A stretch of DNA of 64,000 nt from Octopus vulgaris (taxonomy: Eukaryota), in the NCBI GenBank assembly GCA_951406725.2, contig OX597814.1, forward strand, positions 216,690,001 to 216,754,000, written 5' to 3'. The notes under the pieces are model-generated. The model did no database searches, was not told where the DNA came from, and was given only the letters and a program-made list of their open reading frames with translations. Below, in pieces: positions 63,561-64,000 of the stretch (position 1 is the stretch's first letter; the number at the start of each line of letters is the position of its first letter). Made by a program: the position numbers and the translations under genes.

Positions 63561-64000
63561 GATAAACTTTGAAATGTTCATTTATTGTTGTTGTTGTTGT
63601 TGTTGTATATCTAATCCCCTCCCTAAACAACCCCATGGCTATATAGACAGCTTTAATATCTTCTGCTATATTGATAGTTATCTACCTTCATTTTTAGTTT
63701 AGAATAGAATGCCTGGTATATATATAGATGTCTTTTTCCCTTTATATATCCTACAGAGATAGTATTTCTTTCTATATAATATATGATGTATCTAAGGATA
63801 TCTCACCTTGTCCTTTTGTGGTTTAAGACAGGACTCTCCAAAGTGGTTGAATAAAAATTCAGGGGGTTTTGAGTGCAATATACAATTTTTTTTTTTATAT
63901 TCTTACTTCAGGATCATCGTTATTTACTAATTACTGCAATTTTTCTCAGTAAAAAACAAAACTCACCGATTGTACATTATAAAAGCAAATCAGCAATTTA

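Overview
Eukaryotic, AT-rich and extremely repeat-dense DNA (microsatellites, tRNA-derived SINEs, LINE, Penelope, mariner and hAT remnants), most consistent with an octopus/coleoid cephalopod genome (inferred from repeat content). One intact spliced gene can be assembled on the + strand from 11 GT-AG exons with consistent phases (34738-63294, about 485 aa). It encodes a Mind-bomb-like ankyrin array, a single C3HC4 RING and a C-terminal death domain. Upstream lies a decayed 4.1-kb Gypsy-type LTR retrotransposon (15657-19778, TSD GCCCC) inserted in a SINE. Its two LTRs share their starts and ends but carry unrelated ~105-108 bp internal cassettes, and the 3' cassette reads as an antisense, intronless piece of mitochondrial aspartyl-tRNA synthetase (DARS2-like) coding sequence. 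Other notable items: Penelope-associated minimal hammerhead ribozyme motifs (one family with a U3-A8 covariant core), a duplicated and repurposed death-domain exon, and several long inverted repeats. Most listed six-frame ORFs are microsatellite artefacts. All homology calls are from motif recognition, not database searches.
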